Translations under genes and position numbers: made by a program
The notes under the pieces: generated by a model
What the model saw: only the letters and a program-made list of their open reading frames with translations
Databases searched by the model: none
What the model was told of the DNA's origin: nothing
Assembly: GCA_002269645.1 (NCBI GenBank)
Contig: NIVC01000438.1
Location: forward strand, 473,379-537,378
Direction of reading: 5' to 3'
DNA from: Macrostomum lignano
Lineage: Eukaryota
Length of the DNA stretch: 64,000 nt
Shown: positions 1 through 12,180 of the stretch, in pieces
Layout of the letters: each line of letters opens with the position of its first letter
How positions within the stretch are numbered: the stretch's first letter is position 1

Positions 1-153
1 TGCAGTTGTTCATAATGGCGCACGTGTCAATTCCAAGCTCTAGGACACCGTCAAGACTTCTGATTTTCGTCTCTCGCTTTTGGTCGACCCACAGATGAAG
101 ACAAGGACTGATCTAAGCAACACTTCACAAAAGCCAAACCAAGACGTCTACAA

Positions 154-531
154 CTTATTTTTTTTATTAGAGGCAGGGGGGTTGTGTGCACCCTGGCGCA
201 CTTTAAGCGACATGGCACACAACCGGCGAGAGGCATTACTGCCCATTCCGCCGACTCCCCTGAGCAGGCATACAAGCGCGCGGATACGTACGCAGGCACA
301 CACTCACACAGGAGTGTACAGCGGCCCTAACTTTATATTATCGTTAGGCATGTACACTTCACTGCGCCTTGGGGGGTTGGCTCTCAAGGCCGTTAATTGC
401 ACGAGCAGAGCCAAGCCGAGATTCCAATTGAGCCCCAAATTAATGCGACTGCACTTGGAATCGAGCCTGGGTCGCTGGCACACCAGAGCCTGCGCTAGAC
501 TGCTGGGCTACGCCCCCCCCCCCCCCCCCCC
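154..531 (-). mobile_element. tRNA-derived SINE, family A, full length, with 11-bp target-site duplication
   Basis: The minus strand starts with a G-run then GCGTAGCCCAGCAG (A-box-like) and GGCTCGATTCC (B-box-like), and ends in an A-rich tail near 155-170. GACGTCTACAA flanks both sides (143-153 and 532-542). Near-identical to 61511-61880; related copies at 13875-14090 and 42400-42740 and fragments at about 1090-1160, 2410-2490 and 39090-39175. Confidence 0.9.
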
Positions 532-803
532 GACGTCTACAAATACAAGAGGATCCGCTCTAGTGAGAGATATTTCATTTAGCACATACCTAGGCACTTG
601 TTCCCCAGTGTCTAGAAGTGAGAGTTTTCGAGTGACTGATCACCACTCTTAAACTCTTCATTTCTTTAAAATCTTCTTCTATCTTCTAGAAGCTAAAAAC
701 TGTCTTAAGCTACTTAATTCTAACGGTCTTTAAGCTTTCGCGACAGAAGTGGTAGAAGTGGTTCAACAAGCCCCAATCGGGAGGACCAAAAAAATAAGCT
801 TAC

Positions 804-3800
804 TCGATTCTCAGCCTCGAGCAGAAGCGACTCGGCCTGACTGGCATTAGTGAACACGTCGCTGTAGCGCACTATAAAAGGTGACCGAGAGAGAATCTCC
901 TTCCGAATCGGATACCAGCCGTTGTAGGGTCGCCAGAATTCGCAAATTAGCAGTGGACTCGCCTGAAGTGGAAAGTAGTATATAATATCAGCTAACTCCA
1001 GAGGACGCACATTTCTATGGCGGATTAAGTAATATATATTCGCCGGGGTTCCCGCAACATGGTCTCACAACGAAGGGCAAAGCGGTTCTGCCCATTCCGA
1101 TGACTCATGAAGACATACAAGCATTCGGATACTGTACGCAGGCATAACTCATAGACACGCTGACATATAATCTATAGCTCCCCTCCCATTTTTAGATTAA
1201 TTTTCTTACCGAAATTGTTGCCGCTCGAGCCGCCACCTCGTCGTCGTCAGGCTCAAGGATGCCTCGGCGATATGGATTGCAGAGACGTCTGTATCGCTGG
1301 AACTTTTCGCGCGATTCCGTCAGCACAGAAGCGGAAGATGTTGCTGCAGTGGCAGCGTTGGAGACGATGCCAAAGTCGCGTTCCAGACTTGAAGCCGAGC
1401 GACTCGACTCCAGGGCGAAGTCGGCCGGCTCTCCGCGTCGATTCGCCGAAATGTAGGCGAGGTCGGCGTCCACTCCGCGCATATCGGCACCACTTGGAGC
1501 TATTGAAGCTTTGTACTCCGTGAGCGCTTCGATCGCTTTGTCGAATTCTTTCATCTGAGTTTAAGTAAAATTGTATAAAAAATTACCCCTAATGTAGTGA
1601 GTACTGTTTCGCTCCAAATTTTCTAAACCTACCTAGTTTAGTTCTTAACCTAAACTAAAGTAAACAGTACTTTTAAATGTACACATTAAACCTCTCTAGA
1701 GTACACAACGCGGTGCTAAATCACTCTGAAAGTATACTTGACCAAATCACTCCGAAAGTACACATGACCAAATATCTCCGAAGGTACAGTGTACCCATGA
1801 ACAAATCACTCCGAAGGTACCCATGACCAAATCACTCCCAAAGTACATAGTGCTCTACTTATCACGAATCCAATCAGCATTACCTGATAGTAGGCTTTGC
1901 CCAGAACTCTGTACAGCGATCTGGTTGGCTGCTCGCCCAGTTCATTCTTCATATTTTCTATCCGCTCGCGCCTCAGATACTCCCCGAGTTCCGCCGTCTG
2001 CAGAGGATCAAATTGCCGATTCAGATGCAGCAGCAGCTCCATCAGCTCGGCAGTCGATAATTCAGTCTCAGATTTCATGCCGAAAAAGTTGCCGCTGGCA
2101 AAGTCTTGCACAGATATGTTGTAGAAGGACTTTATCACTAGGAGATTGTGAAACGATTCTTGGACACTTTTCTCATTAAGCCAACATTCGGCACTCGATA
2201 GAAGGTGTTGCAGCAGGATCTTAACACCTGCCAGGTGAGAATGATTTTTATATTGATTTTACTTAGATTTCACCTGAAAAAGCTTACAAATCGCGGATCT
2301 TATTATCGAACTTTACTTTTACTATTTAATACATATCAGACTCAATTTAGCTCTCACTCACTGTGACTAACCGCGGCTTTATCTACATTCTATCGCAATG
2401 AAGCAATTCTACACATTCCGCTGACTCCTGCACACATGCAAGCCCACCAATACTGTACGCAGGCACGCACTCATGTACACACTCTTACTTTCTGTACATT
2501 GTTACATACTTACATATGTACATTCCCTCGACCCTCGACAATTTTTTTCTGAGAAAACCCCAAGTGAAAGTAATGTATGGGAAACGAACTTCGGACCCAA
2601 GAGAAAGTCAGTTGCAATCACCACTAGGCTACTCTGCATGACAGATTCTCTAAGCCAATTTTTCCTTTGTTGCTTTACCGATGTTGCATTAAATACCTGG
2701 TTTCGTGAGCAAAAAACTCACGAGAATCCTCCTTAATAAGGCGGTGCAGTTTCGGGTTGATCTCGCGGGCAACGAAAGCAACGAATTGGTGCGCACTGAC
2801 CGGGTGCCAGAATCGATCAGTTGCAGTTTTCACTGGCGTCGGTTCGCGACAGAATCTTGAATTGTGTTGGATTAGTGGCAACACAGGTTGGTTTTAGATT
2901 GTACTGGCAATCTACGCCCCCCCCCCCGTTGGCGTAAAATAAATATTTTTTTAATAAACTACCTTTAGCTTCTAACCTCAGCCTTGATATCTCAGCAATT
3001 CCCCGCAAAGCCTTGATATCTCAGCAATTCCCTCCGTAGGCCTTGACATCTAAGCAATTCCCCCAAACCTTGCCGTATCAGCGATTCCCCCCCTCCCCAA
3101 GCTTTTACATCTCAGCAATTCCCCCCGAGACTTTACATTCCGTACCTAGCAAACTGATTGACTCAATATGTTAACCAAGCTTCGGTGTCAGGTAAAATTA
3201 CCCATTTATCAGCGACGACAATAGACGTCATAAACATTCACAATTTTTTGTTAGACACCTAATTAAGGAATCATATTACTTTGCTCCTAATACTCATTGA
3301 CGCGTTTTCAAGTAGCTGCCTAAGGGTGCAAAACGCAACTGGAATAAATAAATATTGAATGTTCTAGTAGATTTTCATTTCTATATATTGTAAATGTAAG
3401 GGTACATCAGTAAGCTGTTAATTTATGCATATGCCATGTCCCATTTCGCTTTGTCCCCTAAATCTCGGCGAGAAAAGCTCGGCGGGCAAATCTCGAGTCA
3501 CGAAGTACAAGTACTAGTAAATTTAAATTGAGACTTACTGCAATAGTTGGTTCTCAAACTCGCTCAACGTATCGGTCTTATTAGATAGGTAATCATTATA
3601 GATTGATTTGAAACCAAACAGAGCCTCGTAGGCCTGGTTGAGCTTAAACACTGAGTCCAGACAGCTCGTCAGTTGAGCCAATTGTTTGGCTTTCGAAGCG
3701 TCTTGAAATAATTCGAGCAAGAAAGGCTCTTTAGACAATGGTCTCTCGGCCGCTTCGCTGGTGGCAGCGACTAGAAATGGACTGATGAACAGCAGCAGCA

Positions 3801-3828
3801 GTTGCAGAGTTGGTAACTTTAACGGCAT
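804..3828 (-). CDS. Prolyl 4-hydroxylase alpha-subunit-like gene, 5 exons traced (3828-3539, 2855-2722, 2227-1884, 1554-1210, 962-804; 424 aa), 3' part unresolved
   Basis: Signal peptide MPLKLPTLQLLLLFISPFLVAA. HPVSAHQFV resembles the P4HA HPVNAFKL motif. FYNISVQDFASGNFFGMKSETELSTAELMEL resembles the region before the peptide-binding TPR. Also QRYRRLC and PIRKEILSRSPFIVRYSDVF. All junctions are GT-AG with compatible phases (2,1,0,0). Confidence 0.75.
1719..1850 (+). repeat. About 26-bp minisatellite (AAATCACTCCGAAAGTACACATGACC variants, about 5 copies) in intron 3 of the P4HA-like gene
   Basis: Directly visible degenerate tandem units. Confidence 0.85.
2982..3128 (+). repeat. About 27-30-bp minisatellite (GCCTTGATATCTCAGCAATTCCCC variants), member of a dispersed repeat family
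   Basis: About 5 degenerate units. Related units occur at 62420-62555 (same strand) and more weakly at about 10625-10790 (opposite strand). Confidence 0.7.
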
Positions 3829-5262
3829 TTGTGTGCAGAGTGGTGTCTGAAAGCTTGTTTTTCTGGGTCAATGCAGCAGTATGGGTCCGGCGGTCATAGT
3901 AAAAACTTTACAGGCAAAGCAAAATATAAATATGCGGCATAATGGCAACAGCTTGGGCAGGGAATGCCAAACTCAGGTCCGCTGCAGCAGCGGTAGCCCA
4001 ATTGGAGGATTTTCCTACAAGCTTGCGCTGCAGTCCAAATCCTCTTAAAGCTGCTTACGTTTTTTTCTTAGAAAATGCCATTACTCACCCATTCAGAGCA
4101 CAAGAACACACGTCTGTTGAATTGTACTCGTGGCATATGGGGGCTCAAAAAGATTTTTGTGCGCTTCTTTAAATCTCTTCTGGTCAGTGTGCAATAATAG
4201 GTGGAACACAGTGAGTTGTATTAGTTCTCTGCACATTTATAAGATTATTGTACAATAAATCTAATGCTCCTGTATATGGGTGACGTGGCAAATAGGTGGC
4301 GTTCGACAGTGTCAGAATATAAGGCTTGTAAACACTGGTTTGATAAAATTTTCTTTGCCAACTCGGTAAACCCACTTGTTTGGACCGAAATCGCTTCTTA
4401 TATACTACATGTGTCCTCTCATCGCTCATGGCCAAACTTGAAGACTAGATATATTTATTAATATCGACTAAACTTGCTAATTCTTTCTTTTCTTTCTAAT
4501 TTTTAATAGAATTTACGATAGTACGCTCGTAATGGCAAATAGTGTGAGATGTACTTCAATCGACTATCGTTTGAAATAGGTGATGACTAATTATATTTTT
4601 GCGCTCTATTTGGTGAAATCTGCGTTTAATTTGGTTCGAATTCTCTTCGTAGCAGGCGGACATGTCAGCCACTTAGGGTCCGGCCATAGACTTAAGAAGA
4701 ATGCAGAAAGCATTTGGAATTTGGACATGCAATTTGAAAACTGCTGCGTCCAATTTGGTCTGCCCAAGAATAGCAGCTTAGTACAAGAGAAGTTGAGACA
4801 TTTATTGTTGAGGCCTTTATTCCAAAATCAGCTTGGTGGACCGTGAGAAAATCTTTAGTTATCCCAATTAGAACCAGTTGCAACCAAATTGGTTGCTGGT
4901 TTTCTGTACATGCCTATGGCAAACCATATCTTTCGGCTTGGCTCGTTTCCGCTGCGTGTGTCGCACCAAATTGAAAGCAGTTTTTACCAAATAAAACGCA
5001 GAAAGGTGGATTTTTAGTGGTATTAGAATATATAAAAAAAGATATATAAGACGTCTACAATACTAAAAGCAGTTATTCTGTTTTCTGACCAATACTACTA
5101 CAGTTGTAACACAGTGGTAGTTTAATCACGATCTTAGAGCAAACAATGAGTATTCCCAGCCCAGGCGGCTAAGTACATGCATTGACCTCTGTATGTACGG
5201 TAACCATGTGTGTTGTGTCTACAACGTTTCAAGTCCTTTAACAAATGATGCCCTTCTCAAAG

Positions 5263-6885
5263 CTAGAAGGCCGAACTCGTCTCGCCAAACTCGCCAGGTT
5301 CGGTGCCGCTCTCTTTCTCAGGCGAGTCACCAACTGCTTTTCTGAGCAGCCGCAGGCGCAGCCGCCTACCAAGGATCAGGCAACAGTCGTGCAGCAGCTC
5401 CAGCAGTTCCAGCACCGACAAAAGCGACATGCCCAGAAAGAGGCCCAACAAACCTCCAACATCGGCAGTCAACGAATTGAAACTGTACGCAAGTGACAGG
5501 CGAACTTCGGGACTTCTAAACTCGGCTCCAGACAGTTCCAGGAGAAGCAGTGACTGCCGAACTTGTTCAATAGTAGCATTGTGTACTAAATACGAAAATC
5601 CCGGCGTTGGTCCATTTCTATTGATCAGAAAACTACTGATATAGCTTCTAAGAAAGGTGTTCCAGTACGCATCGGATGGCCAGTCGCTAGAAGAGTAAGC
5701 GTAACTGTACGTCCGCAGCTTGCAGGGCGGTTTGCCACTGCACAGATCGGTCGCATTGTACAAAATTGCCTCTCGCTGTCTGAGTAGAGTCGGGTTGATT
5801 TGAGGAGGAGAAGGAACTTGGGTCAGATTAAAGCACGATGGCGCTGCGCGATACTCCCAGGGCAGCGGGAGCCGCCATATGGTGCAGTTAAACTGCTCAA
5901 TTGACAGTCGGGCGACTTCTCGGTACCAGCAGTAAGCGCTGCTAAACTTGAAAGTATTCTTGCTCAAAGTGTAGGGATCAACAATATCAACTAGCTCATC
6001 GTTTTTTGCGCATCTGCTCGGACTGAGGTCTTGGTCATAAACTGTGTCATACATCGTGATCGAAAGCCGATGGTACTGCGATGATCCTATGGACAGAGTC
6101 GCGTCCAGTTCACTGGGATACTGGCCTCTTGGCGTGATGAAAAGCTACAATCCGCTTAGGCCTACCATGTCTGACCCAAAGTTTATGCTCCATTGCATCG
6201 GCTTTAGATTGAACTCAACTCCAGCAAACTGTTGAACATCCTGCTCAGTAGAATTGTCAAACGGAACTGGCAGCTGTGGGTCAAGGAAAACGCCAAATTG
6301 AATATTGCTGGTCGGGCTCTGCAAGATGCGAATGTCCGAGTCTGTTAAATTCAAAGCGAAGCAGTTGAGAAACGATGGATGCCTGAAAATGCGAACTGTT
6401 TTTCGATATTTTCCATTGAAGTTAAAGATGGGAACGATTTGGTTGACTCTGCGTCCCATTTTATCCGACAGAAACTGATAGGGCAGCGTGTTCACCAGTC
6501 TGATGGCGTAGTTTTCTGCCAGCATTCTGTCTCCGCTCATTCTGAGCGCAGAGATACTGTCGTTTGCAAGCCGGCGAAAATGGCTGAGCAGGCTACTGTC
6601 CGCGGCATTGAGAGTCACAGAGTAGCTGCCTGAAATAGAATTCTGATGGCACAAGTAAATATCGGGAAACTCAAACAGCAGCTGGTTTGCTCGAACAATA
6701 GTTTTCAAATCGCCAGACGAGAAGCTGCGATAAGTTTCGTAGATTCGCACGGAGCAGAGGGTCAGTGATGTCAGGAAAACAATCAGCCAGAGAGCTTTTA
6801 CATAACCCGGCCTGCTTCCAGCAAGTCGCGCAAGGCTGTGAGTCGTGGCCTGAGTCGCGTAGGTTTCTAAGGCGTTCGTCAGCAT
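5263..6885 (-). CDS. Intronless DEG/ENaC (ASIC-like) channel subunit, about 540 codons, interrupted by one in-frame TAG at 6145-6147 (pseudogene, nonsense allele or readthrough)
   Basis: ORFs 6145-6885 and 5263-6054 share a frame, with 30 sense codons between them. Pre-TM1 TTHSL, TM1 LWLIVFLTSLTLCSVRIY, post-TM1 FPDIYLC, NCF, thumb cysteines, PPCKLRTY, SSSDWPS, and TM2 SLTADVGGLLGLFLGMSLLSVLELLE with the GxS filter. Confidence 0.9.
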
Positions 6886-9800
6886 CCTTGTTTAGCTGAA
6901 TGTTTTGCAATTGAACCATCTACCAGACGATACGGAAGCCTATAAATACAGTTTTTAGCATAGTCAAGAGGATGTCTGCTGGTAAACGCCACTCCAGTGT
7001 TTGCCCTAGCCAAACTGAAAAGCTGGAATATTCACTTGAGGATGTGTTTCCGATCATATACGGAATTGAAGCTTCGTTTTCACTATTGCAGGCAGAATAT
7101 TTACACAGCTGTGTCGTTTCACTTTGCCTTTGTTTTTCTCATTGAAGCTGCATTCAGCCACACATTGCCCCAAACCATTGCTAATTTTTCTATTAACGCG
7201 CAACCCCAAAAGCAGAGACAGGAAGGCAAAGGTCGGTGGGGTGGCTGCGAGTACAAAGCTGCGATGAGGAGGGGAAGGCGACCCCTTCGTGTGTTGCATA
7301 TATTTGATCGGAGATGAATTAGGCATTTAGAAAGTCAACAAAACTGCAGACTGAGAAGGACTCTAAAATGCTTTAAGTCTGATTTTCTAAATTTTCATGC
7401 ATATAAGAGATATTTATTCGTCTCGCATACTGCTGGAAAATAGAATTTTGTGACGGCAAGGCGAACAAATTTATAAGAACTATCCTAACTACTGGTCGCT
7501 TCAAAGCTCCACTCGCTCCACTTAAAAGCAGTTTTGTCAGAACTTACGACAATGCCACTCTATTTCGGTATTGTGAGTACACGTCTCTCGAGTCCTTCAG
7601 ACATGAGGCTATTACAGCTAGGGGTTAAGTGTACCAAAACAATCTTATTGGTCAATTTTCCAGGAGCTAGGAGAAATTTAATTCTGCAAAACTTCTGAAC
7701 AAGATTAAAAATGATGTTACACAAAGTTGAAACACATGCTCACAATTACCAATTACCAGTGAAAGCTACTGGGGCTCCGCATAGCCTTATAGTCGATCAA
7801 TTGACAGAACTACAGAAAGAACCAGTGCAACACGGCTTGTTTGACCTCATCATGGTTTGCAAAACTTCTCTTGGAAGTGTCAGCCATCATGCAATTCAAG
7901 GTTATTATAGGAATAATGAATTTGTTAGTAGACAGTTGTACCTGAAAATCGGGAGCTGATCAAGTCAGTTAAAAAACACATTTGCCCACCCAAAAAGAGT
8001 TGAAACCGACAGTTCGAGCCACCGAAGATGATGACATAGTGAGATGGTTTCCCCTGCCAGCCTCTCAATTGAGTCGATCGACTGCTTTATCGCTTGAAAC
8101 ACACACCAAGTCAAGCACTGCACTCAGTTGAAAAAGTTCTTAATTTGCACCTACCTAGCTGGACGTTAAGACGTCAATTTTTTAATGCAGCAGATATGCT
8201 TCGCCGTCTTGGAATCTGCTGCCAAGTAGACTTCTTCTTAAAGATAATTAAATAATTTAGTAATATTCGTATTTGAAAATGACGTAGTAGTTTCAGAAGG
8301 ATCTTGATTAAAATACACTCACCCTGATATGTCATCGGCAGGTGCTTCAAGTCGTCAGATACCGATGAAATTATCGGCTTTAAAGAATTGCAATAAATCC
8401 AAACATTCACGCCATTGATCTTTAGTTAGTTTTTTGGGGATTTAGGGCACTGCTGTGAATAAATTCGATAGTCCTGACCGACAATCGATGAGGAGGCAGG
8501 CAGTCGTGCTCATTCTGCTGACCTTTGAGCACACACACGAACAAGACTCTAGCATAGTCAGCCATGTACCACACCACACTTGTCTTGATAGGGAGTCGGA
8601 TGCGACTTCTATTGAGATAAAAATATGCTCTGTCCCTGTAGTGTGAGCATCTTGTGTAAATAATGTAGTGTGAACATCTTGTATGAATTTATGTTAGCTA
8701 GTTGTTTTCGAATTACTAATAATTATTTTGCTCTATTTTTAGTCATGTGTTTTTAAAGTGCTTTTTGTTTGAGTTTATTATTGTAAACAGGTAGTCAAAA
8801 CAACTAGGCGTATTTCCAAACCAGTGTGACTCAGCGGAGGGTCGAAAATTTTGCAGTGTACCCGGGCTTTGCGCGGCCAGCCAATCACGACCGGCCTGGA
8901 CCCCTGTCATGCGGCAAATCAGTTCTACCCGGCCTAAGAGAGCGCCGCGGGTTCACTGCAATTTGGATTACCAGCGGCCAGCCAGACATCCACCACCCGG
9001 CTTGAGGGGGGGGGGGTGGATTGACTATACATGAAAGTATGTTTTGGCGGTCGGATCTCGCTTTTTCTTCTGGCTCCTCTGGTTTCGTTCTCATCTCCCG
9101 GACGTTGTGCCATCTGCCGCGCTTTGGGGCGCTTTTATCAAGTCGAGCCCCCGGCCCTTATCATGTTTCCGTTGCCCAACCGCAATAGCCTTGCCAGCGT
9201 AACATTCGCGACAACCTTGTTCAGAGTCTGTCGCCGGCAAGCGCGGTCTAGATAGGAACTGTCGGTTTGACACAGTACGCGACCTCGATTTTTGGACCAA
9301 ATTAAATGCCGCTGTGCCAGCCTTGCAAGCATATACAAAAGCTCCATTACATTGGCAAAACGGATCTTGGATTAAATTCAATGCGCGTAAGCCCAAATGA
9401 ACTGCAAAAAGCTATACTACGCTCGTATAGCTTTAAAATCTTTGATCGCTCCAATAGGTTTGTCTAGGGCCTAAACTATTTGCCGTATCGCAATATATCA
9501 AATATTACTACACCCCTGCCATAGATCTTGCTAGCTAACAGATTACTTTGAGACTTGAACTCAGCTAGACGATCTTCAACAGCCATCCTGTAATATTCTG
9601 TAATATAACAGATACTTTTGAAAATGTAATATATCTGCCTTTAAATATTTTCACTAGAGTCTCTGTCTGTAGTGTGCCCTCTACGAGCAAATGAAATAGC
9701 TCAGCACTTGCACAAAAGGGTTTCAACCAACCCACGAAACAGTTCATCGTAAAAAAGAAGAAATATTTCTCAGCTTTGGTAAAATTCAAAGCTGGATTAG

Positions 9801-11391
9801 CTAGCCCAGGAAAAATGCAAGACAAAGAATCGACGGAGGAGCTATTGTTAGAAAAATTGCCCCAGAGACGGAAACAACTTTCCTGAGATCGACTGCATTG
9901 GTATAGTAGTGAGTTATACGCAATGAGAAGCAAACTTGCAAACCTACTAACGAGTTTCCGTAGTCTACAAAGCCACCATCTCTTTTGTTAAAATTTTTGC
10001 GCAAAAAATCAATACGAAAAAGAGTTGCAAGTGAGAAGAAGTTGGAGACTTTACCGGAATCCAGGCCAACTTTTGACAAATTTGACAAAGAATTGAAGGA
10101 AGCCATCGTTTGAAGACGAAATTCAGGCATTCCAAGCAACTGTTGTTTCATCGATAGCCTTGTTTAGCTGTAGTCGTTGACTAGCGATCAGGTGACTTTT
10201 CGTTATGAACGTGTCTGCATTTCTCATATGTGTCAACGTTACCTGTCGTCAACGTATATTTTTAATAAAATCAGCCTACAGCTTGTCAAGATTGGCATTG
10301 TCAAGACGTGGCATCACGAATAGCACCTACTCAGAACCGCGTTCAGGTCTTGGAGGAGGACAACTATGTCACGCTGTACGGTTGCCTCCACGGGCTCTCC
10401 CTAAATATGCTATACGAGAAAGTTATAAAAAGAGAAAACTTTTGACCAGAATTTCCATAAAGCTGAGCATGTGATCTCTTACGAGCTAGTTCACTCAGTA
10501 CAAATCCGGAACAATGCGTTTCAAAGCGAAATGCTTAAACAATCATACGGCTGTTACCAAAACTGAATTTTATCGTTTAACCTGAAAGTCTTAACTACCT
10601 CGTAATTGTGACAGGAGTCCAAAAAATGACAGTCATGTCTCTAGGGGAGAGCTACAATTAGGGTTAGGGAGATGCCAGTGCTCACGGGGCAGTCACTGAG
10701 ATGCCGATAATCACTGGGGAGTTGTTAGGATGCCAAAACTCAGTGTCATCAATCAATAGGGGACTAAGACAGCTAATATTAAACTAAGTTGATGTGTAGA
10801 ACACCCTTTGAAATTTAAAAGAATTTTTGCGACGGTCAAAGTAGAATTATTTTAAATACGCTCGTACATGCATAGCTCGTATGCGCATATGCGTACATGC
10901 ATGTATAATATACCTATAATATATACAAATAAAAGAGGCAGAAATGTCTTTACTCCTTGAAAGATCCAGAACAAACTAACTTATTCAGAGCAGTGTAATC
11001 CAGACTCATCGAGCGCATAAAGGCCATGAAGAATACTCTCTAGGATTGGCTGAAATCCCCTGCCTTTCCATAGACTTTCGTCCCATGCATTTGCTTCTGT
11101 TCCAATGAAATCGCAAATCGCAATCAGCTCAAAAACAGGTCACCAAATTAAAGCATTATTGGTACATACACACATAGTGAATATATAGTTTGCAGTTGCC
11201 AAAAGACTTCTGAAACATTTCCGAAATCTATCATCGTTCAATTAGAGTTCAAAGAAACTGGAAGCTAAACTAATCTTGCTATCGCTGCAGGGGCATGGCT
11301 GAGCAATTTTTGTCAATAAAATTCGGTTTTCTATTCGGTAAGTGATTAAACTCTTGCTTCGACTACGAATTAAGAGCACCTAGCTTAAGGA

Positions 11392-12180
11392 ATGCTCTTG
11401 ATAGTATTCTGTTTTATACTCACTTCATTACCTCAACACAGTTTGCTGCTCTCTCGTGCTTCGAGTACAAGGCACCAGTTTGCGGACCTATTCTGTGTGC
11501 TCAGAGCAGCAGCTTCAGATGCTGGTAGCCGTTCTCAACGTCTACAACAACGTCAGAACAACAAACAAAGCCACTGATGCAACCGACTGTCTAGCAAAGT
11601 GCCAGAGGGTGAGCTGCAGCGCTGCCGTCTCGGTGGAGAGCAATGCCTCGTGCGAGATGGTCACCATAACAACCGCCAAGCTGTCAATCTCGGCAAATCA
11701 GGTGCAGCAAGTCATCAGATCTCAGGTCGGTACGAAGGTGTGGAAGGCGGACGACAGCGACTGGCCTTCGCCTGCAGTGCAGCTTCGGAGTGAGTCATCA
11801 ATGCCTAGTCTGTCCGAAGCCGCTCATCTGTTTTTCCTGCCAGAGAATTTCTGGAGGTTTTTTTAAACGAGCGGAACAGATTTGTGAGCTCAGCTGTCTT
11901 TCAGTGTCTGCTTTCGCCAATGCCAATCCCGCTCGGCTGCAGCTCCCTGCAGTTGCCATCTGGCATCTGCACCCTTCCATACCGCTTGCTAGGGCTCGCT
12001 TATGAACCTCAATGGAGTCTTAAGGCTACCTCTTCAGCCTGGGTGCAAAATGTTTTTTACTTCCGTTCCATCCGGATGGTAAGCAGTGCTTACCATAGAC
12101 TATGGGCTCAGAACTTGACCATAGATATTTTTTATCTCCGTTCCGGTCGGCATGGTAAGCAGTGCAAATCTAGTTACTAA
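11392..12180 (+). pseudogene. Possible secreted PAN/apple-domain gene, frame-disrupted
   Basis: Hydrophobic leader MLLIVFCFILTSL (frame of 11392), a PAN-like cysteine pattern ATDATDCLAKCQRVSCSAAVSVESNASCEMV in another frame (11456-11866), a donor GTGAGT at 11790, and a further Cys-containing ORF at 11884-12180. No clean spliced frame found. Confidence 0.35.

Noticed and set aside
1719-3128. CRISPR-like arrays
   Set aside because: The units are adjacent degenerate minisatellites without unique spacers, in a eukaryotic intron context.
6145-6165. 21-nt GT..AG micro-intron that would remove the TAG in the DEG/ENaC gene
   Set aside because: It is shorter than any other intron traced here (55 nt or more) and would delete the conserved G-L-x-L-x-I strand spacing. 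Not formally excluded without RNA data.
8880-10170. ORFs 9091-9396, 9138-9347, 9565-9933 and 9801-10151 as genes or a retroelement
   Set aside because: No recognisable motif set (a weak RNase-H-like QTDSSY only) and no consistent splice or frame structure.
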